A DNA stretch of 63,681 bases, counting the filler, from Olpidium bornovanus S191 (lineage: Eukaryota > Fungi > Olpidiomycota), in NCBI GenBank assembly GCA_017911155.1. It is 28 parts of 28 records of this genome, joined end to end, with 100 filler letters (N's around TTAATTAATTAA, not from the genome) between each part and the next. Parts side by side here need not be neighbours in the genome. Positions count along the whole stretch, not along the records: positions 13,630 to 15,068 come from JAEFCI010006016.1; positions 15,169 to 16,671 come from JAEFCI010008128.1; positions 16,772 to 21,037 come from JAEFCI010004071.1; positions 21,138 to 22,144 come from JAEFCI010005403.1; positions 22,245 to 23,960 come from JAEFCI010011580.1; positions 24,061 to 27,760 come from JAEFCI010009420.1; 22 more parts are not named here. The stretch is one strand, 5' to 3'. Below the pieces are notes generated by a model. It was not told the DNA's origin, did not search any database, and saw only the letters and a list, made by a program, of their open reading frames with translations. A program made the translations under genes and the position numbers. Below are positions 13,745 to 26,578 of this stretch, in pieces. Numbering within the stretch: position 1 is the first letter of the stretch; each line of letters begins with the position of its first letter.

Positions 13745-14162
13745 TCACGTCTTCGCGATAGCCGATCCCGGCATTCCGGCATACTCTGTCCACGACCCGT
13801 CGTAAACGGAAACAAGGGCCCTTGGCCCCCGCGAGCTCAAGCGCCACATAACAAGACAGATGCGGTGATGCCGGAGCCTAGGGCGTCCCAAAAAAAAAAA
13901 ATCAAATCAATGTGCCCGGCACAAAGGACGGAGTCGACGTCAGCGGAGCCGCCTTGAAAAAAATGATGCGACGACGACGCTCACCGCAAGACGTGATCGC
14001 CGGCTTGCTCATGTCAACACCGCATTTCGGGACCCGAAACTTCGCGCCGTCCGCCGATTCCGGGCTTAGGAGGACGGTACCGTAGGGCGCAGACGGGGCG
14101 CCCGGGATGTGTCCCGACGAGAGTCCCTGCCTTAATTCCGGTTCCGCCACCCGGGTGAACAA
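13745..14162 (-). pseudogene. TUM1: 3-mercaptopyruvate sulfurtransferase/rhodanese (TUM1/MPST) C-terminal domain, frameshifted
   Basis: Reads GLSSGHIPGA...GVDMSKPAITSCG/SGITASVL[+1]YVALELAGAKGP[+1]VSVYDGSWTEYA...*. The active-site loop CGSGITA and the YDGSW motif are present. Two single-T insertions break the last exon. Confidence 0.75.
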
Positions 14163-16606
14163 GAAAACTGACGACGGAGTCGTACAACTCTCGGTAAGGT
14201 TTCAGAGTATTGCAAACGCAACAGCACCTTGAGTTGTCATTGCACGCTTGTAGCGGCGATCTGCCGCTTGGACGACCCCGCTTTTTAATGCCTTAATCCG
14301 AACCTGATTTTGCGGCCGATAAAAACACGGCAGGGGAAAGCGGTGCCGCAAAAAAGTCCAGCGCAAGGGGGCAAGGAGAAACCGCCCTCAGCCCGCGACC
14401 AAAACCAAGGCGGGCGATTAAAAGCAACAGCGCAATTGGGGTCGGGACCGCTGACGCCGCGGTTTATCCCGCCGGAACCGGCGGGCACCGGCGGATCCGC
14501 CGTCTGTCGAAAAAAACCAGCGGGCGCCCAGGAGCGCCGCCGAGGCGCGTCCGGTCGGACCCGGCGGGCACCGACGAAGTCGCGGTCCATGCGACCGAGC
14601 CGGCGGCGGGCACAGGCGAAGCCGCGGTTCATCCCGCCGCACGGGACGGAACAAGAATCGTCCGCGAAACCGGAGGAAGGCGAACCGAACGATCAAACAA
14701 AAGACCTCGCCGCAAGCAGGACGCCGGCCGCTAAAAGCAACGCGGCTTTAACACGCATAAACACCGTTTCTTACACTCCCCCTCTCGGTCCGCGGTTCTC
14801 ACCCGGACAGGACGTGTCTTTTCGTACCCCCTTTTCAATTCGCAGTTTTTACACCTCTGGGCACGTTGTTTTAGCGCCTTTCCGGTTTAGCGGTTATACC
14901 CCCACCCCCGATCCGGCACGATTCCACCGACGCAGTTTTGACGGCGGCAGGAACTCCCCCCCCTTAATTGTGTTTGGAAATTTCGTGACGCGGCTTTTTA
15001 GTTGTTTTTTTTTTTTTGTTGGCACACACATAACATAAACTTTTAGTTTTGTTGTTTTTTTTCCGCGCNNNNNNNNNNNNNNNNNNNNNNNNNNNNNNNN
15101 NNNNNNNNNNNNTTAATTAATTAANNNNNNNNNNNNNNNNNNNNNNNNNNNNNNNNNNNNNNNNNNNNCATGCACTGCTTGCTTGCCTTGCTCCCACACG
15201 ACAGCTCGCATAATTGCCAACCGGGCGAGCACAAGAGTAGACAGTCAATCGATTAAAAATCGTCAGGCAGCGACAAACCAAACGTCCTCGCGTGACGACA
15301 CGCACGCGTTTATCAGTTTACTTCTGTGTCGTCCGGCAGAACCCAATACCTGCACCCCGACCGCGCGCACAACGTCTGACACAGGACATCTTGCTATCTG
15401 CCGTTACAAGTTGGCCCGCACGGCAGGCGCACCGTCGTCCTGCTTGCCTCTTACATTGCTACATTAACATCTAAATTAAACTAATTAATTAGCTTATAGT
15501 GATAAGAGATATTGCCGGGATGATTGCCTGGTCCCCTAGATGGCCGCAGAATCTCGGCGATTTCCGGTGTCAAGCGTCCTCAATTCAACAGCGTCCCACG
15601 TTATCTAGGTGTGTAGCCTATTGATAATGTGCCTTATATGTAAAATCGCACATAATTGTTTTAGGTATTACCCAATAACATATCGTAGTTGTAGCCTTTA
15701 CCATCCCACCACTGCTATACTTTGCTGCGGATTATGCTGCCTTCGCTTCTGATGATCTCGTTTCCCTCCACTACGCTGTGTCGTGCTTTCTGGTCATCGA
15801 CAACTCGAAACCTTCCGCGCGTGTATGCTTTATACGTTGGCTTCTGGTATCCTGGTGTCACCTGCTCGTTTGCACACCACGCCGAAAATCACGGCAAACG
15901 GCAGTTAGCATCCAGCACGTGCGGCCAGCTGACGCCGCTCTGACAAAAACCAGGCACTGCAAGGATGCTCCAGGAGCGGCAGTCCAGCGACAAATTCTGC
16001 TCAGGACAGCGGGTATGAGGACTGTTCTCGCCGCCACCTCTGCATTTGTGTTTTCCCAGCGGGTCTCGCTTTTTTCCAGCATTCCCCGGGCGCCCGCCGG
16101 CCCCTCTTCCCCCCCACCTCTTCCGCCCGCCCCGCATTCCCTTCCCTCCCCCGCTCTCCCAAACGCCCGCCGCACCTCACTCTCGCCCCCCGCCGGACGC
16201 ACACGAACGTGTCCGCCCTGCCGTTTGCTCTTGTCGCGGCTGGAAACGGAAACAAGGAAGGTAAGAGGCCGTCCCTTCTCCTCTCTCTCTTCCCCAGGCA
16301 CTCGCGGCGCCCCCGGCTCCCCAGAGCCAGCTGCACGCCACCTGCCGTTGCCGGCCGACGTAAGAGGCGGAGAGAGGGGGAAAGGGGGCGGGGGAGGGGG
16401 GGTGGGGGCGGGCTGCGACGGGGGGGATGCCCTCGCGCCGGCCACAAGCCACAGGCCCGCTTGCCGTGCCGGATGTGGATGTGTCCGTCCCCCGAAGTAG
16501 AAAAGGCAACGGGCAGATCACCGGATACGGCTCGGCAGCCAGGGCCGCGCCGCACGGCGGTTTGCAAACGGCCGCCTCAATTCTCCCGGCGTGAGACGTC
16601 AGGACC

Positions 16607-16607
<1 letters not shown>

Positions 16608-16655
<48 letters not shown>

Positions 16656-16671
16656 ACCCCGTCCCCCCCCC
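16608..16671. repeat. Poly-C tract at contig end
   Basis: About 60 nt of nearly pure C running into the spacer. Possibly inflated by a sequencing artefact. Confidence 0.8.
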
Positions 16672-16771
16672 NNNNNNNNNNNNNNNNNNNNNNNNNNNNN
16701 NNNNNNNNNNNNNNNTTAATTAATTAANNNNNNNNNNNNNNNNNNNNNNNNNNNNNNNNNNNNNNNNNNNN

Positions 16772-18500
16772 CATGAACTGAGATCCATAACTGTCGCTCC
16801 TTGAGGGGAGCGCTTCCCGTTCAAATAACTGTAACTGGACCCGACAACCGAAGGGACCATTTCGACTTCTTCCTTCGCCTCTTCGTCGTTACCAAGGGCG
16901 ATTTGAGGAAGCGACGAAACCAAACCTGCCTGCTGGAATATCGGAAGGTTTCGAATGCGTCCTAGCTCAGCTCTGACAGACGACACACGAAAATAGAAAG
17001 GAGACTGAGTTTTGCAAAGATACCATATCGCTGTCTCCCGCAAGGTTGCGAACGAGCCCCCATCACCCTTCTTCTCCCTCCTTTCCCACTTTCCCCCCTC
17101 TTAGCGGGCAATCATATTCAGACGACCCTGTCACTCGCGGACTGCTCATTCCAAATGTTCCTGGACATCGAACCAGCTCTTTTTCCAACGTCCGCCCATT
17201 TCCGCGATACCCAGGTCGAGGTAGGGAAAAACTTCCCGCGTTGCAAACGGACCTGGTACGTTCCAAAACGGACGTCAACTCGCTCAGCAATCGGTCCTGA
17301 TCCTTTCTGGAGAGGTTTCCACCGGGCAACCTGGCGAGCTCGCGGGAGCGCTGCTGGATTTCTGCGTGGAACGACGCAACCTACGGAAAGAAGAAGCGTC
17401 CGACGAGGAATTGAATAGTGTGCTAAGGCGCGCGCCCTTTTTTCCTCGCGAGCAGTACCCGAAACCACGCGGGCAGGATTTATCCCCAGACAAACCAGAT
17501 TTGCGAGTTTCGCCGCGTCGACAGCCGTGCGAGTGGACCCGGCAGCCGGCATACCGACCTCGGGGCCGCTGCCGACCGCCTTTTCAAGGTGGACGACGAT
17601 CTCTAACAACAGAGGCGCGAAATCCGCAAGGCGGTCCTTGTCGAAAGGGGGGTTGCAGTGAGTCGCGGACGCCGGCGCGGTCCAGCGCTGCGAAAGCGCG
17701 GACATGCCGGGCGACGGGGCAGGGGACGCTGACGTGTGAGGGTTGAGCGGCGACGCCTGCTGTGCGGCGGACCCGGCGCTTGCGCGGCCGTGGCCGCCGC
17801 GGCTATGGTTGGAGGCAGAGGGCGGCGTCCGCGAAGTTCCTGAGGCTGAGAACCTCGGGGCGTTTCCGGCTCCTTCGGCCGTGGGGATGCTAATGGCTAG
17901 CGGGCGGGACATGTCCTCGGGCGTGGCGCTTTCGGGGGTGCAGCTGCGGGTCTGCGGCGGCCCTCTTCTTTGCCGCGGATACGACAGAAGCCGGGGCCCG
18001 TCGTCAGGGCTCTCTCCGTCTCCGAGGAGGAGATGGAACGAGGGACAAAAAAAGGAGGAACGCCCCCGCGCCCTGCGGCCGCGGTCCGACCGGGCCTCGG
18101 GCACGTCGGCAGCCGCTCGCTCTCTCGCTCTCTCGTCCTCTCGCCCTCGCGATCTCTCGCCCTCGTTCGCTCTCCCTCTCTCGCGCTCTCTCTTTCTCGC
18201 CGCCCCCGGCGCGTGCGCGTGCGTGACCCCGGTCCCCCCCCACCCCAACCCTTTGCTCGTGATCCTCCCGGGCCCCGTCCACCCGTTTTCGGCGTTCGGC
18301 TGCTCTGTCCGTCCCTTCCGTCGCCCGACCCTTCCGTCCCTTCATTCGACAGGCCGTACAAGATGGCGTTATCGATTTCCACCGTGTTCCTTCTGTCAAG
18401 AACACTGCTGATGGCCTTACCAAGGTTCGGTCGCGGCCTCGTCTCGAGGAGATTCGAGTCGAACTTGAATGATTGATGCGGTGACGATGAAGAGGGCGTG
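16772..18500 (-). CDS. Hypothetical multi-exon protein fragment
   Basis: Several open minus-strand segments with balanced amino-acid composition (FDSNLLETRPRPNLGKAISSVLDRRNTVEIDNAILYG; NPPFDKDRLADFAPLLLEIVVHLEKAV; DQDRLLSELTSVLERTRSV). No family recognised. Confidence 0.4.
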
Positions 18501-19781
18501 ATGGCGGATGCGGAGGTTGATAACGGGCGTGGCCCACACACAGCACAAGCAAAGACGCGCATTCCCTGAATTTTCAACCCTTTTCTTTTCAACTTCAGTT
18601 TCACTCTTCCCCTTTCCCTATATTGATTTCCCTTTGCCCCTCTTCGTTACATTACCACAAGCGGTGTGGCTCGACGGCGACAAGGGAGCGAGGAGCTGAG
18701 CGTGGAAGGCGGAAAGGAGGGCGCGGGAAGCGCTCTATTGTGTTGTGTCTGGGTGAGGGTGAAGTGTGAATTCACCTGTGGACACCCCCGGGGAGGGGTT
18801 TGTCTCTCGCCGGAAGAGCCGCCCAGGCAATTGGTGAGGGGCTCATCAAAGAGCAGTTCAGAGAGTGCATCAGCAAGCACCTATTCCTCAGCAATCGTAC
18901 CGAGGAGCCCATTGGCAGAGCAACCCGGCAACGGCGCCAGCTTTGGCAGAGGCGCCGGTGGGCGCGCTACCTTTGGCAGCAAGCAGACAAGTTTTGGCGG
19001 CAACCACGTCAGTTTTTTTTGTTTCGGAACCGGGGGTATCGAGGCGGCTAGTGTTAAGGCAAAATGGCAGCAGTGCCGATCCACAGATCCTGTCTACGCA
19101 AGGCGCCCCCCACCCCGCTGAGGTGGCGACGCGGGCGAGAGGAGGGCGCCGCGCGGGGGGTGCAGAGATGGCGGCGCGGGGGTGCGGAGATTGCGGCGCG
19201 GTTGCGGGTTGAGAGATGGCGGCGCGAGCCTGGGGACTGTGACGGGAGCGAGCCCGGGGGAAGGGGCGACGGCGCGAGCGCCGGGGAAGACGGCGTGAGC
19301 CAGCGGGGGAAGGGGCGCGGCCAGAGGAGCGTCGGGTTGGGCCCACGCATAACCTGCTGTTTGGTTTGTTTAGTTTGCGTCAATTGTGATTTCTGGGGGG
19401 CGGTGCGTGAGAGAAGACGGGGGCGGCGCTCCTCTTCTTCACGCACGTGCGGAGAAGAACACCAAGCAGAAACCAGACGCCCACCATGCGCGTGTGTGAA
19501 TTGAGTGTGAATTTAGACTGCTCGCCAAATAATACAAAAGCCCACCCTCGGCGCGCGCCGAGGCTGGGTGACGCAAATTCGTCTTGCGGGGCTTGGACTG
19601 CATTGGCGACGATCCGCCCACGTGACCACCACCCCCACCCCGTAACCCTCACGTCCCCCCCCCTCCCTCCCCGTCGTTCATCCTCTCCCGGCCCTCAAAC
19701 TCTCCGTCCCCCGCCGGATTCCGCACGGGGCAGGAAAAAAAAAAAAAAAAAAAAAAGAAAAGGCCCGCCAGAGACACACAT

Positions 19782-20663
19782 ATGCCGTCGCCAACGAAGG
19801 CCGCGGTCGACGCGTCGCTGCAAGCCGGCGGCGCGGCCGACCCCAAGCCGAACCAGAAGCAGCAGCCGCCCCCACCCAAGAACCCGCTGCTGGCCAGGCA
19901 GCGCGAAAAAGGCAAACCCGCCACAGGGTGAGAGTCTCCCATCCCTCCTCTCCCCCCACTCCGCACCAGCCAGCCTCCACCCCCCCCCTCCCGCTCCCTC
20001 CCCTTGCGCCCCGCCCCCAGGCCCGCGACCGCGCGGACCGTTTTTTGCCTTCGGCGAGACTGGACGAGGAATAAACGGAAAATCTTTCGTCGTTCGAGCG
20101 GTTTGCCGCCGGGTGCTCTGGAGATCGTGTGCTGGTGGCTCTTCCCCCTTCTCTACACCCCCCCCCCTCGCACAGCCCCGCCTTTCTGCCGTTTAAGCAG
20201 GCGGTGAAAAGGCGGCGCACTTTTTGACCGAGACAGCTAGCTCGTCGACGGGGGGACTTCTGCTTCTGCGCAAGACGCGGTGCCGATCTCACCCTTTGCA
20301 CGTGTTCTTTCGCGCGCGCAACCCGCGGCCCAGAGTCCTGTCGAGCCCCACGGACAACATTATGTCGCCGTGCTCCCAAAGAATAACGGCCAGCCGAAAG
20401 CACCCCGCGGGCTCGTAAGCGCCTTGCTGGAACTCTCGGACGTGCGACGCTGAAGCTCTTTGCCCACCTTTGGTTTGCTCAGGTGGCTGCTAATCGAGGG
20501 TTTTTGTTTTGGCGAAATTTGCGTCAGGATCGAACCCAAGGTACTGTCGAGCGAATTCGCGGGAGGCAAGCAGCCGCAACAGCATCAGCAGCTTCGGAAA
20601 AGCGTCCCCTCAACCAGGCTCGGTTCATCCTTGAGCCTGGACGACGGCTCCGTATTCGACTGA
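19782..20663 (+). CDS. SPO12: Spo12-family protein, 3 exons (about 19782-19926, 20333-20414, 20528-20663)
   Basis: In-phase splicing gives ...PATG/VLSSPTDNIMSPCSQRITASRK..., matching the Spo12 motif SP(S/T)DN(I/L)MSPC(S/T). The third exon assignment is less certain. Confidence 0.7.
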
Positions 20664-22244
20664 GATAATGGGAGTATACGTCACTTGGACCACGGTGTCC
20701 GTAGTCTCGGGCCCTAATACGCTTTGCGCTCGTCTCCGGATTGATTTTATTTCCTTACCTCTTTCTAGAGAATTCATATGGCCCATTCTGGCGCTTTCGA
20801 TGTATGTGGGTCGCTTGGGGGAAATCTTCTTATCCCTCGGGTCCCTTTCCGTTCGTTTTATCCATAATCGCTCTGGAAATCGGATTGTTTCTACCGATCA
20901 CCTTTGAGCCCGGAGAGACACCGTCGACGCCTGGTTTAAAAAGCGAAACAATGCCGCGGAGTTTAAAAAGTCTTTTCCGTGCACGTTGATGGCGGAGGAC
21001 GGCACGAATCGCCGGATTCGTCTTGTCCGCGGTCATGNNNNNNNNNNNNNNNNNNNNNNNNNNNNNNNNNNNNNNNNNNNNTTAATTAATTAANNNNNNN
21101 NNNNNNNNNNNNNNNNNNNNNNNNNNNNNNNNNNNNNGGTTTGCTCGCTACGCGCTTCCGCCTTCGTACGTTCGTTACCGCTTCCGTTTGTTTCGTACCT
21201 CCGCCTCTCTTCGCCTGGCGCCTCGGCCTCTGTTTACTTTGCGCCTCCGCCCCCGTTCTTTGCGCACCACAGCCTCTGTTTGTTTCGCTCGGCCTCTGTT
21301 CGTTTTGCGAGTCGGCCTCTGTTCGTTTTCACCCATTTTTTGACACGAGTTACCGAGTTTTAAAAGATTTTTCCCTACCGCATTGAACAAGGCGACACTA
21401 ACTTTTGTAACTGCGTACTTCATACGGCAAAAAGACGTCCTTTCTTGTCCGTCCCCCGGCCCTTCGAGGGGAAAAGGGAGAGAGGGAGGCGGGCCGTGCA
21501 GGTGCCCCGCTCCTCGTTCGACAATGTCTAGCAACAGATTAACCATTTGCTAGCCTGCCGTTGCTGAAGTACATGTGATTCAGTACAGCACCAATGTGCC
21601 ATTCGCGCACAAAGTTAAGTGCCAATGCCAAATAGCTTAGGCACCAATGGATTATTTCCGCCTGATGTTACATCTCATCCTAATCCTTTACGGTGCAGTG
21701 CATTGCAGCGCCAACGCGCTGTTGGCATGCGCGGCTCAGTGCCAATCCACATACGGTTAAGTGACAATGTAGTGTTGGGACCTAACGGTAAATCCCGCCC
21801 CCGATTTTCCTACACTCGTCCCAATCACAATTACTTCCCCCGTCTCGCCCCCAACCCGTTAATCCCCAGGGAAGACCTCTCATGTACCATTTTCTTGGAA
21901 ATTTGGGACGGATATTATTTTTTTTTCCGGGGACAAAAAAAAATCTGAACCAGGACAACATCATCAGAAATTTTGGGACATAACCACTAGTTTATTTCCA
22001 GGCATGAACTTTGGATATTTTCTGGCTAAGTACGGCATATGAGCCCAGTGGCAGCTGACCGACTCCTGCCGGGTGTTTTTTTTTTTCCGTAGCACAGCGC
22101 CACCTTTTCCGCCTCCACCCTGCCGGCCGGCGGACGCCAAAAAANNNNNNNNNNNNNNNNNNNNNNNNNNNNNNNNNNNNNNNNNNNNTTAATTAATTAA
22201 NNNNNNNNNNNNNNNNNNNNNNNNNNNNNNNNNNNNNNNNNNNN

Positions 22245-22283
<39 letters not shown>

Positions 22284-22294
22284 GAAACCGCTAC

Positions 22295-23960
22295 TTGACG
22301 CAGCCCGTCCACCCCGCCAACCACTCTAGTCAGGCACGGGTCAGAGAGCCCAGCAGCAGCAGCAGCAGCAGCAGCACACCCGTTAGGCCGTATGCGCGCA
22401 TGAAGGGTCTGAAGAAGCTGTTCAAGAGGTTCCGGCTGGGTGCGGCGCCGGTCGAGAAGAACTCCAGCGCGGCCGCACCGGCCGGGGTGCGGCGGCCCGT
22501 GCCGGGCGCGGGCGGGCCCACCGCGCTGCGGTCGTCGTCCGACTCTTTGTCTCAGGGATTCAGGCCGGAGGAGGCTCCGCCGTCCCCGGAGGGATCGGGG
22601 AAGAAGAGGCGGGCGAAGAAGAAGACGAAGGGCTCCGGCGGAGGCAGCAAAGCCAAGGTCGCTCCGGCCCTCAGGCGCCTCTTGGCGACCTCGAAGCCCA
22701 AGGCGTCGTCGCCCGCCTCCCTGCTGCAGGAGCACCGGGACGCCCTGCGGGCGGGGTTCGTCCCGCCGCGGCTGCTGCGTGTCGGGTTCGAGCACCTCGT
22801 GGGCGAGATGCCTGCGCCGGCGGCCGCGGCGTCGGAAGCGCCGCCGTCCGACGCTGCGTCGCCGGGCCCCGCGCCGGCCTTGCTTTTGCCCCCGTCGCTG
22901 GCTTCCAGGAAATCCCTGCACGCCGCCGCGAGGACCGCGAGAAGCGGCGCCGGCGCCGGGGCGGAAGGCGCGGGCGGGCCGGCCAGTTTCCGGGCCGTGT
23001 CGGCGAATTCGACGACCGCGAAGGCCACGCGGACCATGCTGGACATCGCCGCTGAGGCGGCAGCCACCGACGAGACGGTGCGGCTGGCCATAGACCACCT
23101 CGAGAGCGGCGAGGTCGAGAAGGCGTTCGAGCAGCTCATTCTCGCCGCCGAGAAGGGCTCGCCGCTCGGGCTGTTCCTGTTCGGCATATCCCTGAGGCAC
23201 GGATGGGTGAGCCGTTTTTTTTTTATGGGGGGGTTTTTTTTTACCCCGCCGATTTCACCTCTTCGGCCAGCCAGCACGCAGAAAGAACAAAAACGAAAAA
23301 GGGGAAGACGAATGATCTCGTCGGCTGTGCGGAACTTGCGACTTTGCCGTGTGCCCCCCGGCGTGCGCCGGCAATACCTCGGCCCCGGTCGCGGGCTGAA
23401 GTCCAACCGCGCCAAACCTTGGCCGGGGTCAAAACAAAAAAAAAAAGGGGTGCGATCCAGACCCTCCCAGAGCCATCAATTACCTCCGCCGTGCCGCGGA
23501 GACGTCCGCTCTGGAGCTCGACCAGCAGCTGAAGCAGTCGAAAGACGCCCCCGGGCAGAACACCTTCGCCGTGTCGGCGGCGCGGTCGGAGCTTGTCCTG
23601 TCTATTTATGAGCTGGGAATATCGTTCGCCAACGGGTTGGGCGTCGAGAAAGACACGGTGAGGCGAAGCCTTTTTTCGCGCTGCGTGTTAGGTCCACGGG
23701 TCCGCCTCCCCCATGTTCTATTCTTGCTTTCGTCCCATTTGGCACAACCGACACAAATGCGAATCTCTGTTCCGCTCGCGATCTGTCGACGTAATTTTTT
23801 TTTTTTTGCTTCCTGATACATCTATCGTCTGGCTTCCATTCCCGCCCTCCAGCGGGTCGCCGCGTACTATTTCGAGATTGCCGCCACGCTGGGAGACGCG
23901 GACGCGCAGAACGACGTGGCGCGGATGTACGAGCACGGCATCGGGGTCAAAAAGGACATG
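22295..23960 (+). CDS. Sel1-like repeat protein (DSF2/Nif1-like), spliced, 3' truncated
   Basis: Low-complexity N-terminus, then AIDHLESGEVEKAFEQLILAAEKGSPLGLFLFGISLRHGW, SELVLSIYELGISFANGLGVEKD and YFEIAATLGDADAQNDVARMYEHGIGVKKD, which are SLR repeats. Confidence 0.85.
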
Positions 23961-24561
23961 NNNNNNNNNNNNNNNNNNNNNNNNNNNNNNNNNNNNNNNN
24001 NNNNTTAATTAATTAANNNNNNNNNNNNNNNNNNNNNNNNNNNNNNNNNNNNNNNNNNNNAAGGTGGTCAGCCGTCCGCGAACTGGCAACTCGCGGCGGA
24101 CGGGTGGCAGTGGGCTGCAAATGTAAACAAGCCTTTCTTGCTTCGCCCTCCTCCGGCCCCCCCCCCCCCCCCCACCCCCCCCCCCCTTTCCCCCCACTCC
24201 TCCTCCTCCTCCTTCCTCCTCCTCCTCCCTTAATTATCGGTCTTGCGTCCCACGTGCCCGCCTCCCCTGGCAAACGGGAAGGAGAGCGCGGGAGGATGAG
24301 AGCCGTCGAGTTTTGAGAGCGAAGAAAACCGGCAAAAATCTCGGGCGTTTTCGTCTTTTCTCCGGATCGCGCGAAATACAAGTAATTTTGGCACGCGACG
24401 CGCGACGAGCTAGTTTAAAGAAACCGGGTGGGTAAACGAGGCAGCGGGGGGATGAAGGGTGGTGGCGAGGGAGGAGGAAGTGAAAAGACGAGAAACACGC
24501 CGCCCGGCAAACCCACCCCCCGGGGGCAAAGGGGGGGGGGGGAGGAGGAACTTTTTTCGGG

Positions 24562-25153
24562 TCAGCGGTGGGGGCAGAAGTACAGTTCGTCCTCCACGAG
24601 CCGCGCCGGCGCGGAGGCCGCCTCGAAGGCGAGCTGCCAGAGCGGGGAGAACTCCGGCAGCGGGAAGGGGAGCGCGTCCGGCCTGGCTCTCTTGGGGTCG
24701 ACGGGCGGGGCGACGGCCTTTTTCCGGGAATCGGCGGCGGCGTCCGCGGACGCGGCGGCCTGGGCGACGGCAGGCGGGCCGGCCTGGAGCCTCGGCGCGG
24801 GGGTGACGGCGAGCTTTATGAGGTCTTCGGCGAGGGTGATCGCCGCCGCCGCCGCCGCCGCCTCGGCCGCCGCCTCGGCCGCCGCGCTGCTGCCGCCGGT
24901 TTTCTGCGTCGTCGCGGCCGGGTCGTTCTCCGGTCTGCCCGGCGCGGCGGCGGCGGCGGCGGCGGCGGCGGCACCCGCGGTCTGCTGGCTTGCCGGCGCG
25001 GGCCCCTCTCCGGCGCCCGGCGGCGGCGGCGGCGGCGGCGTGGGCGACGGCGGCGTCGGCGGAGCCCTGCCGCCGGTCGAACCTGGGGACGATGGCGCGG
25101 GCGTGGGCGCGTCGATGATCAACTCGACGGCGGCGTCCGGCCTCGCGCCGGCC

Positions 25154-25184
<31 letters not shown>

Positions 25185-26022
25185 GGGCGCACGCGAGCTC
25201 CCGCGTGTAGGCCTCGAAGCATCGGGCCAGGTGGGCCGTCTTGTCGGCCAGGCTCTGCATCATGGCCGACAGCGACCCCGCGGGCGGCCGCCGGCCGCTG
25301 TTGGCCTTGGCTTCCACGGACTGGATGTACCGGGCGAACTCCTTCTCGAGCTGCGCGGTCGCCTCCAGCTCCCCCTCGATGTACCGGTAGACGTCGTAAA
25401 TTTCCCGCGGGACGGGCTGCGAGGGTTGCGGCGGCGCGCCGGCCTGCTGGGCGGCGGGAGGCGGGGACGCTTCGCCCGCGAGGAGAGCGGGGCCCCAGGC
25501 GGCGGGCGGCTCGCTCGGGACCGGCGGCGGGGCGCGCTTTCTTCGGGCCGTCCGGGGGCCGCCAGACCCGTTGTTGGCCGCGGCGGTGGCGGTGGCGGCG
25601 GCGGCGGCGGCTGGGTGGTGGTGGTGGTGGTGGTGGTGGTGGTGGTAAGCCGGCTGCGGACGGAGCCCCGGGTGAGGAGGTGGATGAGGAGGGTAGTGCA
25701 GGGCGGCCACGGGCCGGGCGAAATCCGCGACGAGCGGCGGCGCCGCGGCGGCTCCCCAGGGGCGGACGCCCAGGTACTGCGGGGGAGCGCTTCCTCCTCC
25801 TCCTCCGCCGCCGCCGCCGCCGCCGCCGCTGCACCGGGGTGCCGCCGGCTGGAGTCCGTGCGGCGCCTTTGGGCCGTAGGGCGGCGGGAAGGCGGCGGCG
25901 GCGCCGTCGCCGCCGGGCGCCAGCCCGCGGGACAGCTCCTGCGTGAAGTGGCGCGCGGCGACGGCCGGGGCGGCAGGCGCCGCGGGGGACGGCGCAGGGC
26001 AGTAAGGGGATCGCACGGCCAT
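24562..26022 (-). CDS. Hypothetical low-complexity protein (poly-His, poly-Ala, poly-Gly, poly-Pro) with a central helical domain
   Basis: 486-aa ORF starting at an ATG. The non-repetitive core REIYDVYRYIEGELEATAQLEKEFARYIQSVE...LSAMMQSLADKTAHLARCFEAYTRELA looks like real coding sequence. It may continue by splicing. Confidence 0.6.
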
Positions 26023-26054
26023 CGGGGGGAGGGGGGTGTCGGTGAGGGAGGGTG

Positions 26055-26089
26055 GGGGGGGGGGGGGGGGGGGGGGGGGAGGGGGGGGG

Positions 26090-26160
<71 letters not shown>
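26055..26160. repeat. Internal poly-G tract (about 105 nt)
   Basis: Nearly pure G run just upstream of the 26022 ATG. Confidence 0.85.
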
Positions 26161-26161
<1 letters not shown>

Positions 26162-26324
26162 GCAGAGGTGAAAGCGCGGCGCGCGCGTCGGAATGGGGAG
26201 GAAGTGGGGGGGGGAGGGGGAGGTGCTCTTTCTCTCTCTCTCTCTCTCTCTGTCTGTGTCTCCTTCTCTCTCTCAGTCTCTCTCTCTCTCTCTCTCTCTC
26301 TCGTTTCTGGTCTCTCCGCGCGTG

Positions 26325-26362
<38 letters not shown>

Positions 26363-26578
26363 CTCTCTGCTCCCCCGTCTCTCTCTCTTTCTCCGGGGGC
26401 TGCGTGTGGAGCGCGCGTGGCGTGCGTGTGTCGTGTGTGGCGTGCGTGGCGTGCGTGTGTCGTGTGAGGAGGCGGAGAGCGGGCGGGGGTGGGGGGGGAG
26501 GGTGTGTGTGCGGCGTGTGTGTGTGTGTGGGGCGAGGGGGAGGGTGCGTGCCTGTGCGGGGCGGACCGCGGCGGAGCG

